Positions 47,755 through 62,269 of a DNA stretch of 64,000 nt are shown piece after piece (within the stretch, counting starts at the first letter, position 1; every line of letters starts with the position of its first letter). The position numbers and the translations under genes are program-made. The notes beneath the pieces were generated by a model. The model was not told where the DNA came from. It was given only the letters and a program-made list of their open reading frames with translations, and searched no databases. The stretch comes from the human T2T-CHM13v2.0 reference genome, Homo sapiens. The DNA lies in the NCBI RefSeq assembly GCF_009914755.1, contig NC_060937.1; one strand, given 5' to 3'.

Positions 47755-48352
47755 TCTGCTTCTTAAGATTCAATTTTTCAGGAGACAAGAGAATGGATTA
47801 ACTTGAATCCCTTCCCACATCTCGGCTGGAGGAACAGGACATCTTGACTGATGGTCCTACCAAGAATTGCACGCACTGGGGGAGAGGCCATGCCCTGAGG
47901 GAAAATCAAGGTTCTGATGCCAAAAGAAGGGGAAAAGGAGGGATGCTTGACCAGCAAAATTTCAGATGTCTTCCATACCTAGTATATTGTTTGGCAAACT
48001 GAAGTACTCAGTTTCTCTGGCCTCTTGGTGGCAAGGAATGGCCAAGTGACATATTTTTGGCTGCTATGTTCAAGCAGAAGTCTGCTAGAGAGTTCAGGGA
48101 AAAAACTGTGCTTTCTCTGGTAAAAAGGACAGATGCATCTGGCGCTGTCTTTTCCCCTTTCTTCCTGCTTGTTGCTATAGCAGCCCTGTTGTGACCATGA
48201 GGATGAAACATCAAGCGAAAATAGTAGAGGAGAAGAAAGGAGCAAGCTTAGAGCCTTAGTGTCATTATTAATGGGCATTCTTGTTGTTTGTCAGCTGCTG
48301 TTACTGAAGGTTTTTGCTACTTGCAGCTGAATGCATTTCTAACTGTTATACA
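47755..48352. mobile_element. Old MLT1 MaLR LTR pieces (minus piece to ~47978; MLT1I/J-like plus ~47985-48352)
   Basis: gagggaaaatcaaggttctg...aaaagaaggggaa; tgctacttgcagctgaatgcatttctaactgttataca. Confidence 0.6.
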
Positions 48353-48569
48353 TTGAATCTTAATTCAAACTATGGATTCTGGAATGCCCTTTGAGGAAGT
48401 GAATGAAATATAAACAGGCATTACCTAAGTGGCAGGTGGGATTGAAGGGAGGGAGGATCATTCCAGGTGGCCTAGTAGTCAGAACATCTGTGTCCAGTTT
48501 CTGCATGATGCATGTGACTTGGGCCAGGCTAATTTTTCTGAGCCTAGTTCCATTCCACAGAATCCACCT

Positions 48570-49170
48570 TCACCTCCTTTCCTTTAAATGTAAGGAAAGA
48601 TGGTCTTTTTACTTTTTTAATAGCAAAAAAGACACCTCCACTCTGATCAGATGCAATTCAATTCCCTCTCACCTATTCCAGGAATTTATCGATTATTTTG
48701 TTTTACCATTTCTCTCTCTCTCCTGCCTTCACCCCATAGCCTGCTTACATTCTCAAGTTTCTCTCATTTATATATTTAAAATCCTTTAACCATAGCACTG
48801 TGGTTTTTCTTCCCCTTGAAAATTTCACTCTACCTTTTTGAATTTATTTCCTCACCCCCCCAGTAACTCTATCTCCAACAGCTGTTAGACAGTTATGCTT
48901 CACACAGCACTGAAACTCTTTCTGACAAAGGTATCTGTGTCACTAGAAGGAAGCTTGTATGAGGGTAGGGATTTTGTCTGTTTTGCTCACCCTTGTGTGC
49001 CCAGTCCCCAGAGCAGTGCCAAGAACATAATACCTGCTCAAGAAATGAATAATTGTCTTCTAAATCATCAAAGCAAATGAACTCTGCCTATCTGACTTCA
49101 CTTCTCAATAGCTTTGTCATTTTTGATCATTTCCTTGTTGAAACTCACTCATCTTTTGGTCTTTATAACA
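48570..49170 (+). mobile_element. L2 fragments including a 3' end (~48935-49080)
   Basis: cactagaaggaagcttgtatgagggtagggattttgtctgttttgctcac. Confidence 0.65.
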
Positions 49171-49189
49171 ATTGTTTTTCCTTCTCTTT

Positions 49190-49460
49190 TAACGTTTTAT
49201 TATGGAAAATTTTAAACATGCATAAAAGTAGGAAAAAAAAAACAATAAAGGCTAAGGCACCCATCACCCAGCTTCAGTGTTTGGCCAACTGTGTTTCATC
49301 TAAACCTTCACTGACTCCCCACTCTTAATAACTTGAAGCAATTCCAGATAGCATATCATTTCACTCACAAATATTTCAGTCTGTATTACAAAAAAAAGGA
49401 ACTCTTTAAAAAGCATAATCCTAATAGTGTAATTGGCAAAATTATTAGCAATAATTTCTT
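49190..49460 (-). mobile_element. L1MC4/5-like 3' end
   Basis: ttttattatggaaaattttaaacat...cacccatcacccagcttca...catatcatttcactcacaaatatttcagt. Confidence 0.7.
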
Positions 49461-51164
49461 TTTTAAAAAACTTTTATTTTAGATTCAAGGGTACATGCAC
49501 AGGTTATATCAGTAAACTCATGTCACAGGGGTTTGTTTTACAGATGATTTCATCACTCGGGTACTAAGCCTAGTGTACTCAATAGTTATTTTTTCTGGTT
49601 CTCTCCCTCCTCCCACCCTCCACCCTCAGGTCCGCCCCAGTGTCTGTTGTTCCCCTCCTTTGTGGTCACGTGTTCTCATCATTAGCCCCCGCTTATAAGT
49701 GAGAACATGGTGTATTTGATTTTTTTCTTCCTGCATTAGTTTGCTAAGGGGAATGGCCTCCAGCTGATCTCATTCTTTTTTACGGCTTCATAGTATTCTA
49801 TGGTACATATGTACCACATTTTCTTTATCTAATCTGTCATTGATGGGCATCTAGGTTGATTCCATGTCTTTGCTATTGTGAATCGTGCTTCAATAAACGT
49901 ATGAGTGCATGTGTCTTTATGGTAGAATGATTTTTATTCCTTCGTGTATATATCCAGTAATGGGATTGCTGGTAGTTCTGTTTTTAGCTCTTTGAGAAAC
50001 CACCACCCTACTCTCCAGAATGGTGGAACTAATTTACATTCCCACCAACAGTGTATGAGGGCTCCCTTTTCTCTGCAACCTCAATAGCATCTGTTATTTT
50101 TTAACATTTTAATAATAGCCACTCTGGGGTGAGATGGTATCTCATTGTGATTTTGATTTGCATTTCTTTAATGATCAGTAATGTTCACAATTGCCACAAA
50201 AAGGGTAACATATCTAGGCATCTAATCAGGAAGGTAAAAGATCTGTACAATGAGAATTACAAAACACTGCACCAAGAAATCAGAGATGACACAAGCAAAT
50301 GCAGAAACATTTCATGTTCATGGATAGGAAGAATCAATATTGTTAAAACGGCCATACTGCCCAAAGAAATTTACAGATTCAATGCTACTCCTGTTAAACT
50401 ACCAATGACATTTTTCATAGAACTAGAAAAAACTATTTTAAAATTCATATGGAACCAAAAAAGGGACTGAATAGCTAAAGCAATCCTAAGCAAAAAGAAC
50501 AAAGCTAGAGGCATCACTTTACCCAACTTCAAACTTCACTGCGGGGCCAACAGCATGGTATAGTACAAAAACTGACACATACACCAATGGAACAGAACAG
50601 AAAGCCCAGAAATAAGGCCACACACCTATAATCATCTCATCTACAACAAAGCTGACAAAAACAAGCGATGGGGAAAGGACTACCTATTCAATAAATGGTG
50701 GTGGGATAACTGGCTATCCATGTGCAGAAGATTGGAACTGGACCCCTTCCTTACACAATATAAAAAAATGAACTTAGGGTGGATTAAAGACTTAAATGTA
50801 AAACCCAAAACTATAAAAACCCCTGGAAGACAACCTAGGCAATATTATTCTGAACGTAGGACCTAGCAAAAATTTTATAACAAACATGCCAAAAGCAATT
50901 GCAACAAAGGCAAAAATTGACAAATAGGATCCATTTAAACCTAACAGCTTCTGCCCAGTAAAGGAAACTATCAACAGAGTAAACAGACAACCTACAGAAT
51001 GGGAGAAAATATTTGCAAACTATGTATCTGACAAAGGTCTAATATCCAGCATCTATAAGGAACCTGAAAAAATTTACAAGAAAAAAACAACCCCATTAAA
51101 AAGTGGGCAAAGGACATGAGCAGACTTTCCAAAAGAAGACATACATGTGGCCAACTAGCATATA
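49461..51164 (-). mobile_element. L1PA13-15-like insertion with 5' inversion (minus 49461-50185, plus 50186-51164)
   Basis: 3'UTR on minus, ORF2 on plus; TSD AATAATTTCTT at 49450-49460 and 51165-51175. Confidence 0.92.
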
Positions 51165-52003
51165 AATAATTTCTTAATATAGTCAATTTCCTTTTTTTTG
51201 GTTTTGTTTTTGATCTTTTTGCTTGTTTTTTAGAGGGTGGGATGGATCTCTTTCTGTCTCTATTTCTTCTACCTTATCTGACTAGCAAATTGGGACATAG
51301 GAGCTAAGCCTGGTCAGGCCCTTCTGAACTCTTTTCAGGGCAAGCAGGCTGCAGGAGTCCTGTACATCTGCTGTTGCTACAGAGAAGCTCTCAGGGTCCT
51401 GCTCTACCTGCAGTTTTTCGATTTCTGTTGTGCCTGGGCAGGTCAGTTAAATTCAACGTGAGCTCTTAGGAAACCCATCTGCCTTGGCCAAAACTCAAGC
51501 TGATGCTTTGATCTTCAACCATCTGACCTCCCAAGCCTGCCTCACAGTGTGTTCTGAACTTGGGAAGAGTGCTGTTAAGCTCCATCAGCAGCGTATGAAT
51601 ATTATTGAGAAAGAGGGAGGTAAATGTCAGATGAATGAGCTAAAAGTTAAAAGTGGTTGCTTCTGGGGAAAAGAAAAGGCACAGAGGGTGGGTGGGGGAA
51701 GCAATGGTTTTCCTTTTGATTTAAGCCTCTTAACAATAAATAACCCTTTAAGATGTATACATATAATATGTGGATAAACATCTTAAAAACAATGAAAACC
51801 TATCGTATCAAAATATATCACCTCCTCACACGTGTACCACACCCTGTCAGACTCCCAGACACCTGGGAGTCCTGCTTCCCCTTACTGCCTCCTAAATGTG
51901 TGCTATGCTCCTCAGCACCCCGCATCCTCACTGCTCCTGCAGTGCTTCCTATCCTTCCTCATCTCTCGCCTGGCCCACTGCAGCAGCCACTACCTACCCT
52001 ACA

Positions 52004-52385
52004 TGTTGCGGGCTGAATTGTGTCCCCCCAGTTCATAGGTTGAAACCCTAACCCCCAATACTTCAGAATCTGACTGCATTTAGAGATAGGGCATTTAATA
52101 AGGTAATTAGGGTAAAATGAAATCATGTGGGTGGGCCCTCGTCCAATGTGACTGGTGTCCTTCTAAGAAGAGGAATTTAAGACACAGACCTACGTAAAGA
52201 GGGAAGATGATGTGAAGACAGAGGAGAGGATGGCCACCTGCAAGCCCAGGTGAGAGGCCTCAGGAGAAACTGCTTCCAACTCAATCTCAGATTCCAGCCT
52301 CCACAACTGTGCAAAAACACATTTCTGCAGTTTAAGCCCCCCAGGCTGGGGTACTTTGTTATAACAGCCATAAAAAACTAATACA
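52004..52385 (+). mobile_element. MLT1B-like solo LTR (within L2 remnants)
   Basis: tgttgcgggctgaattgtgtcccc...gactggtgtcctt.taagaagagg...aactaataca. Confidence 0.85.
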
Positions 52386-52691
52386 CTATCTCCCCGCCTT
52401 CCTTGCCAGGATCTGATCCACCTTGCAAAACACTATTAGAAGAAGCTTTCAGAAATGTGTGCCTGATGAAGCTACTCTCCTGCTTAAAATCCTTACAGGA
52501 TCCCTCACTGTTGCTGGATAAAACTCCTTAGCACGAGATACAAAGTCCGCTCCTACTTTCTCTCACCTGACTCTCCTTATACTTAAGCCCCAGCCGTAGT
52601 GAATTATAGTGGACCCTTGAATAACACGGGCTTGACCTGGGTGGGTCCACTTGTACGTGAAAATTTTTCAATAAAAGTTACACCTAGTGCG

Positions 52692-52799
52692 CCTGCCTCT
52701 CCTGCCTCTCCTGCCTCTCCTGCCTCTCCTGCCTCTCCTGCCTCTCCTGCCTCTCCTGCCTCTCCTGCCTCTCCTGCCTCTCCTGCCTCTCCTGCCTCC
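52692..52799 (+). repeat. (CCTGCCTCT)11 plus one variant unit, 9-bp minisatellite
   Basis: 11 perfect units 52692-52790, then CCTGCCTCC. Confidence 0.95.
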
Positions 52800-53043
52800 G
52801 CTGCCTCCACTGCCTCCTACCGCTCCTGCCACTCCTGCCACTGTCGCCCCAAGACAGCAAGACCAACCCCTCCTCGTCCTCCTCCTCAGCCTACTCAACA
52901 TGAAGACGATGGGGATGAAGACGTTTAAGATCCACTTTAATGCAACGAATAGTAAATATATTTTCTCTTATGATTTTTAAAATAACATTCTCTATTTTTG
53001 TAAGAATACAGTATGTTATACATATACAAAATGTATGAGGTAA

Positions 53044-53391
<348 letters not shown>

Positions 53392-53599
53392 AGTAATTAT
53401 GTTCTTGAAGCATCAAAACACATAGGCAAATTTCTGACTATGCTGGGGATTAGTGCCCCTAACCCCCATGTTGTTTAAGGGTCGGCTGTAGTTGCATCCC
53501 CCAAAGGTGCCACCCTTGCTCATGCTTTACTATCTCTGGCCATGTATCCCTTGTCTAGAATACCTTCATTTTTCCTATTATGCCATCCACCTGCGGAAC

Positions 53600-53890
53600 A
53601 TCTCCTTTTTCCAGTGTCAGGTCAAGCTCCATTTCCTTTGGGAAAAATTTCTCAGCCCCTCCCTCCAGACAGAATTGACTTTTTCCCTTTGAATCTGTTT
53701 TGTACCCTATATGGAATTCTGCTCTATATTTGCTGCATTTTTATTGCCGTTATTTTATATCATATTCATCTAATGCTTAAAGGTAGAGACTACATTGTAA
53801 CTTTGCATGCTCGGAGCCTAACATAATACCCAGCACCTAGTAGGTGTTCAAAAAAGGATGACCAACTGACCGATCAAATGAATTAATCTA
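53600..53890 (+). mobile_element. L2 3' fragment
   Basis: gagcctaacataatacccagcacctagtaggtgttcaaaaaa. Confidence 0.6.
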
Positions 53891-55523
53891 TGAAATTGGA
53901 AACAGTTTGGCATACCTCAAAAGACTATTGTCAGGTAATATATGTGGCAATTTTAAACATACATATGTGTAATTTTAAACATATACATATATAATTATTT
54001 TGAACTCTTAAAGATCAATTGAAATTGCAATTTAGTACTTGATCTTGAGTTTGAATGTGCCCTAATACTCATTTCCAATCCTTAAGATTGGGTTGTTTCT
54101 TCTTAAATCATGGGATCATGAAAATGTATTGCTGGAAAAGGTATTGGAGATGAAGTGATTCAACCACTTTATTTTTTGGACAGGAAAATTGAGTAAAAGC
54201 ATTACCATCACACCACACTGCTGCCAGAGCCAGTCAGACACACTTAAACTGCCTTTGATGAAAACAGAAACACTGAAGTTAGAATAGTTTGAAGAAAAGA
54301 GAATTTAAATGTAATGCAACAAAAAAGCTACCAAATTTACATTTATAAAAATAATAGACTGTGACTCTTAAATTGTTTCTAAATAAAATATTGTGAATGA
54401 ACTTCATCCAATATTGATATATCCTTTGGCTCTGGGCAGTCTAGAGAATTTATTTGTTATTGTGAAAAATTGCATCTGAATAATGTATAACAAGATGTAT
54501 ATTCAAATTGCCTTTGAATAATATATAACAAGAAAGGTTTTCTTTATTCATTTAGTGTCTTTCAAGGAACTACAAGTACCTTGTGCACTTTAGGTTAGGC
54601 GTGGTGTATTGCATACATGCTTTTTCACCTAACCTAAACATTTTGGATACAGCAGTACCAATTTGAGCCTATAAGAGTAGCCCTTAATAACCAGAGAGAC
54701 ACCTTGACAAAGCGACAAATTTGCATGGTCCACTCCATTCATCAGCATAACTTGGAAGCATGATCTTGGAAGTGAAGAATGTGAACTTGTGGTGAAGGGA
54801 TCCTTGTTTGGCCCTAAGTAGCATCTATTGGTAGAATTCAGACATTGCTGGGCTTTCAGAGGAGTCTGCAGGGCCGGTAGTTCAGAGGCTTCTGTATGCA
54901 GGCCTATTGTGGTGGTGTCCTAGTAACAAAGCAGGGTCACAAACTGGAAAGATGAGCACTCTCTCTGCTGCTTCCAGAACACAGTGTGCAGCTCAGTGAG
55001 GGTTACAGGAAGCATGGCAAGCTTTGCTGCTTGGGGGCTTCAGGAGCTTTCCTCCTTGGGACAGGCAGGGAGTAGTTATAGTGATCATGGGTCTGGCAGC
55101 AGAGGTGGGTGGCAGGTTTCCTCAAGAATCATCATGAACAGCAAGGCAAAGATCTGAAGGACTGTTCATGAACTTATGGGAGACACTGCTGGAGACTCTC
55201 CCAAACTCCTGGGCAAGACTTTGAGGGGTTGCAGAAGGTCCCATATTGGGCAATAGAATTGATTCAATCATTAACAAACTTGCGCCAAGCACACTTCTTG
55301 GAGATGGAGAAACGGCAGCAAATGAAACAAAACTTCCTGAACTTGTAGAGCTTACAAAAAGTGCCTGTGTGGGCAGGATGGTAAAATAATATGTTGTATA
55401 AGTTTCTTAGCATGTTTATAGCATGTATGCTATAAAATTTTAAAAAGAGGAGCTGAACAAATGGATTAGGAGTATAGGGTGGAAGAAGGTATTCTGACTA
55501 GGACTTATTAAAAAGGTGATCTC

Positions 55524-56353
<830 letters not shown>

Positions 56354-56399
56354 CTAGCATGCTAGGAGTGATGTATGCTACGTATATACATATGATGCT

Positions 56400-57335
56400 G
56401 TGTGAACAAAGAATTGAAGTAGGTAAGGGAATTAGCTAAGCAGGTGGCTAAAGAAAGTGTGCCCCAGGCAGAAGGTATAGCTACAGCAATGGTCCTAAAG
56501 TGGGAATGTGCTTGGCATATTCTAGTAACCCGAAGGAGGCCAGTGTGGCTGGCGGGGACTAAGCGGGGGAGCAAGTAGTAGGACATGAGTTTAGAAAAAT
56601 GATCTGAGGCCAGATCACAAAGGGCCTTGTACTGAGTCAAATGGAGAAAGACTGTGGGGTTTTGAGTAGGAAATGACATGATCACATTTAACTTTAAAAG
56701 GATCTCTTGGGTGGCTGGTGAGGATAGTGTAGAATCTGAGAAGTCTACTGAAGAAATATTGCAGTAATGTAGGTGAAAGCTTGGGCCAGGTGGTAGTAAT
56801 GTTAAGACGTGGTTAGAATCTGGATATATTCTGCAAGTAAAGCCAACAGCATTTGTTGTGTTAGAGAGAAGGTGGCATTAGGGATAACTGACTTGAGCAA
56901 CAGGAAAGATGGAGTTGCCATCAAAGAAGTAGGAAAGTGGGCCAGGCATGGTGTCTCACGCCTGTAATCCCAGCACTGTGGGAGGCTGAGGTGGGTGGAT
57001 CACCTGAGATCAGGAGTTCAAAACTACCCTGGCCAACATGGTGAAACCTCCTCTCTACAAAAAATACAAAAAAAATTAGCCAGGTGTGGTGGCGGGTGCC
57101 TGTAATCCCAACTCCTGGGGAGGCTGAGGCACAAGAATCGTTTGAACCTGGGAGACAGAGGTTGCAGCGAGGCAAGATTGTGCCACTGCACTCCAGCCTC
57201 AGCAACAGAGTGAGACTTCATCTCAAAAGAAAAAGGAAAGTGGAAGTGGTGCAGATTTATGGGGCTCAGGAGTTGGGTTTGGCCATATTGACTTCGGGAT
57301 GTCTATTGGTCATCCAAGTAGAGATGTCAAAACTT
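56400..57335 (-). mobile_element. L2 fragment interrupted by Alu
   Basis: aaggaggccagtgtggctgg, gaggccagatcac, aatgacatgatc, ttgagcaacaggaaagatggagttgcca. Confidence 0.75.
56940..57232 (+). mobile_element. AluS (Sx/Sz-like)
   Basis: Dimer; TSD AGGAAAGTG. Confidence 0.9.
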
Positions 57336-57968
57336 TAATTATTTCTAGTAATGTGACCTCATGATTACTGCAAGAGATGAATCCTGGGGAAATCTGGGGT
57401 ACAATCAACACATGCCCTTGAGGTAGAAAGTTTTGAGGAGATATTTGCAAAAGGAGCCATTATGACTTGTTAGAAGTTGGATGTGTCCGTGAGACAGTTT
57501 GGTAAGTGGCTGGATTTTTAGCACAGGGGAATACCATCTCTCTCTACAATCTAAAATCTTTGTGGAAAGATTTGAATGCTTCCAGACAAAACTAATTTGG
57601 GGCCCATCAATTTCTTTTAATAAAAGTAATGATCTATTTGTGTGATTGTCTCTACTGCCTGATTTTTGTGCTTCTTGAAGTCAGATACTGTGCTCCCTTT
57701 ATCCCTGTATTCCAAGCAATTGGCAACCTAGTGTCTAGAGACAACAAACAAATGCTTTTATAATGAATAAGCAAATAACTTTTTTCTATGTAAAAGTCAG
57801 CCTAATTATTTTTCTTGAGTAAACTATTTTTAAATATTTAAAGCCATCTATCTCCCACTTAACATGCATATGTGTTGGGGATTAACGTAATATATTTTTA
57901 TCTCCTGGTGAGGTCTATTCCATGAGTCTCTAATCTAAATATTATGTGGCTAATAAAATCAATGCTCT

Positions 57969-58131
57969 ACCTTGCTACTCAAAGTGTTGTCCTCAGACCA
58001 GTAGCAATAGCATCACCCGGGAGCTTGCTAGAAATGCAGAACCTCAGGCTACAGTGCACATTTACCAAATCAGAGTCTGCTTTCTAGCAAAATCTGTGTA
58101 ATTCATGTGCACATTAAAATATGAGCACTGC
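57969..58131. mobile_element. MER5A (hAT-Charlie)
   Basis: gctactcaaagtgt...agcatcacccgggagcttgctagaaatgcaga. Confidence 0.8.
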
Positions 58132-58138
58132 TCTAAAG

Positions 58139-58337
58139 CAGAGAGTGGCAAACTACCACCTGTTTTCATAAATAAAGTTTTACTGGGACACAGCCATGTC
58201 CACGTGTTTACGTATTGTTCATGGCTGTTTTGGTGCTACAACAGCAGGGTTGAATACTTTTGACAGAGAATGTGTGGCCTTCAGAGCCTTAACTGTTTAC
58301 TCTCTCATCCTTTAAGAAACAGTTTGCAGACTCAGCT
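58139..58337. mobile_element. MER58A (hAT-Charlie)
   Basis: ggcaaacta...aaataaagttttactgggacacagcca...agtttgcagac. Confidence 0.8.
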
Positions 58338-58423
58338 GTCAAGTTCCAGCATTATTCTTGGTGTACTTTCTTGAGGGCCACATAACAGGTGTGAACACTT
58401 TGGCCTATGTATAAATGTAAACA

Positions 58424-58737
58424 TTTATTTTTAATTTTTTTTTTTTTTTTTTTGAGACAGAGTCTCTCTCTGTTGCCCAGGCTGGAGTACAATGGCATGA
58501 TCTTGGCTCACTGCAATATCTGCCTCCCCAATTCATGTGATTCTTCAGCCTCAGCCTCCTGAGTAGCAGGGACTATAGGAACCCACCACCATGCCCGGCT
58601 AATTTTTGTATTTTTAGTAGAGATGGGGTTTCACCAAGTTGGCCAGACTGATCTCAAACTCCTGACCTCAAGTGATCCGCCCACCTCAACTTTCCCAAAG
58701 TGCTGGGATTCCAGGCATGAGCGACCACACCTGGTCT
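58424..58737 (-). mobile_element. AluS (Sx/Sz-like)
   Basis: Full dimer with poly-T. Confidence 0.9.
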
Positions 58738-60259
58738 AAATTTTATTCTTTTTAAATGTGAAATTCTATTCAATGATTTAGAATGTATAAAGTCTTCCAA
58801 AGTAGTGTTGCAAAAATGAGTAATGTGAATATCATTAATCTTCCAAAATTTTAAAAATAAGTTTATCTTTTTCTGATGATTATTTTTTACTGTAAAAATA
58901 TTTAAAAATTTTATACACGTGCTAATAATTGGAACTTTGAAAGGCACAGAAGGGAGGAACAAGAAAAAGAAACATCAGATTTTAACATATATTATTACAA
59001 TACGATATCTGTATTTTGTATACTGATTACTTATATTGTCTTTCCCCAGGATATGAAAAATTATTTTTGAGCATCATGCTTATTCATTCCCAATCTTCCA
59101 TCATGTGGCAAGTATATAGTTTTTTTAATGATTCTCCTATGGTTTGCTATTTAGATCAATAACTATGAAGTGTGAAAATTAGTGCTTGTTATATATATGA
59201 CCAACAAATGATGTTCTTTGGCCGTTTTACTAAAAAGAACAGGGAAGAAGCACAAGATGAAAGTCACAATTAGCCCTTTTATCTTGATGTGCCTTTGTAT
59301 ATCTAGGAGAAAGAAATGATTTCAGAGGCTTATAATTGATTGAACATGATGGAAAATAAAGATGCAAGTTGTAATATCCTAATGAAAAAGTATGTGATCT
59401 GTGAAAAATAGAGAAAGCATCACAAACAATGTGATGAGGACAGTTTTGACATGACACAAATGAAAAGGCATTAAGCCCTAAATTGAAGATAAAAAGCCAG
59501 GCTAGACTATCAACAGGCAATTAAAGCATCATCTTCCTGAACCACATGGCATTTATGGACAAAATATGCTATTTCTTCCTCTTGACAATACAGCATCTCC
59601 ATAGTTTAGGTGCTTGACTCAGATCTGCTCATATCACTGTGCTGTGACCTTTCTCAGAGGCAGCACCGAAGGGAGGCACCAGGTGCCAACAGACCACCTG
59701 TGGATACGCCGTCTAGGGCTCCCCAAACAATTGCTGGGGGTGGTAAAGCCCATTACTCTCAGCGGAGACCTAGCAGGTCTATCCCTGCAGAGGACAGCAG
59801 ATCTCTGTCATGGAATAAATTGTCAACATCCACTGTGTTCTTTATGTGGATTTACTTCTTCGTTCTGAGACTGAGACCACACTCCCATCCATGCTTTCTG
59901 AAATGATCTTTTTGTTCATGCCCTTCTGTTTGGATTTTAACCCTAGCTGGCTTACCTGGAATCTGCTCCCTCCTGGCTGCTCAGAACTCAACTCTGAGGT
60001 TGCTTTGTCTTTGTGAAATGTGGTGTTCACATGCCCCTCTTTGGAGAATCCAGTTCCTTAATGGGAGTGTGGTTTGTGTAGCATTTGGTGACCTAGAATG
60101 ACTGCAGTCTTATGCCCTCCTGAGCTAACTGTAATGAATTGTTCATGACTTGCCAATTGACATCAGGATCAGAATGATTTTTGCAGTCTGCTGTATCACC
60201 ATTACATATGTAATGTAATGAAGAAAGTCTTCACTCAAAGAGACAAATGTAGAACTTGA

Positions 60260-60550
<291 letters not shown>

Positions 60551-60637
60551 AGGAGTTTTGTAGTGTTCTCGCCCAGCTCTGTTCAGAAATGTTCCATATT
60601 AGGAGTAAGAGGCTTTGATCCTATAGGGATTAGGAAG

Positions 60638-61016
60638 CGTATCAGTAAGATGCTGTAACAAAGCACAACAATCTGAGTGGCTTTACACAAGAGAAATGTA
60701 TTCCCTCACAGATCTGGAAGTTAGAAGTCTGAAATTAAGTTGTTGGCAAGAACATGCTTTCTCTGAAGCCTGTAAGGGAGGAAACTTTCAGCTTCTCACA
60801 GCCCTAGGCATACATTGGCTGGAGGTGGCAAAAATCCAATCTCTGCCTCCACGCCCTCCATGGCGTTTTCTCTATCAAAGACCCACCCTACTCCAGTACA
60901 ATCTCATCTTAACTAATTACATTTAAAAGAACAGTATTTCCAAATAAGGTCACTTATTGAGTTACCGTGGATAAGGACTCCACATATTTTGGGGGAACAC
61001 AATTCAAATCACGAAA
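60638..61016 (-). mobile_element. MLT1C-like LTR
   Basis: gctgtaacaaa...agaagtctgaaattaag...tatttccaaataaggtcac...acacaattcaa. Confidence 0.8.
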
Positions 61017-61362
61017 GCAAAATAAAGCAAATGAGGTAAAACCAATGCTTTGTTGGCAGACTAAATGCACAGGAGTATTCTTGACTTCTATAATACAAGA
61101 TTCATTCCATTTATCTTGAGCTTATTTCTCATTCTATTTTTCTTTTTCTTCTGCGTGTATAGAGAAATATTTCATGTTATTTTTATTGCTACCATTAAAA
61201 ATACTATGCTACAAAAAATTGCAAGTGCCATAATGAATGGCAACTAACATTTGGTCTGGTGTTAGGGAGATGTTAGGGTGAAGATTTTAGCAAATTGAAG
61301 TATGCATATGTATTTAATGGTCTAATTGCTACTTATCTCCTGAAGATTTCTGCTAAAAATAA

Positions 61363-61701
<339 letters not shown>

Positions 61702-62269
61702 CCATACAGAAGCTTTAAGAAGCAGTGCATGGCGCTCTATGCTCTCCTTTCCTTCCTTTCAAATCATGGGAACAGATTTTAGGAGAGAACCTCTGATAGT
61801 TTTCTTTAGTGATTTGATAATAAGCAGAGGCCTTTTCAGCAGACGATGGACAAATAGCGTAAGAAATACATTTAAAAAAAAGTTGAGGGATTTTTGGTCA
61901 TTTGTGCCTCAAAATAGCCCACCTAGACTAATACAAACCATATATGTGGAATATCTCCTAATTTTCAGACATTGCAATCAATTAAACATTTTAAAAATGA
62001 TATTTTAAAAATCGAAGCAACACATACTGGCTAAAAATGAGAGTACAGAAAATTTATAATCAAATGGAGAAATGTCTTAACCATTCCTTCCCCACTCCTG
62101 AATCCTCCTCCCTAACATGGATAATTTTCAACAAGTTCGTTGTACCGCGTCCTCCCAGAGTTGCCCCTGGAATCATCCTGGGTTAAGCCTCTCTGACCTG
62201 TGTGCCATTTCCTTCTGTGTCAGGTCTCCCCATTTGCTGTGCAGCGGTACAGCTGCCACTAGCTTCTGA

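Noticed and set aside
48458-48550. tRNA-Glu-like start (ttccaggtggcctagtagtcag)
   Set aside because: No cloverleaf or B-box; continues as degenerate MIR, which is tRNA-derived.
50129-50470. 113-aa ORF similar to L1 ORF2
   Set aside because: Crosses the inversion junction of a dead L1.
52599-52980. PAS-, GEA-, RRG-, QER- and LLP-repeat ORFs
   Set aside because: Artefacts of the stop-free 9-bp repeat; no splice or promoter support.
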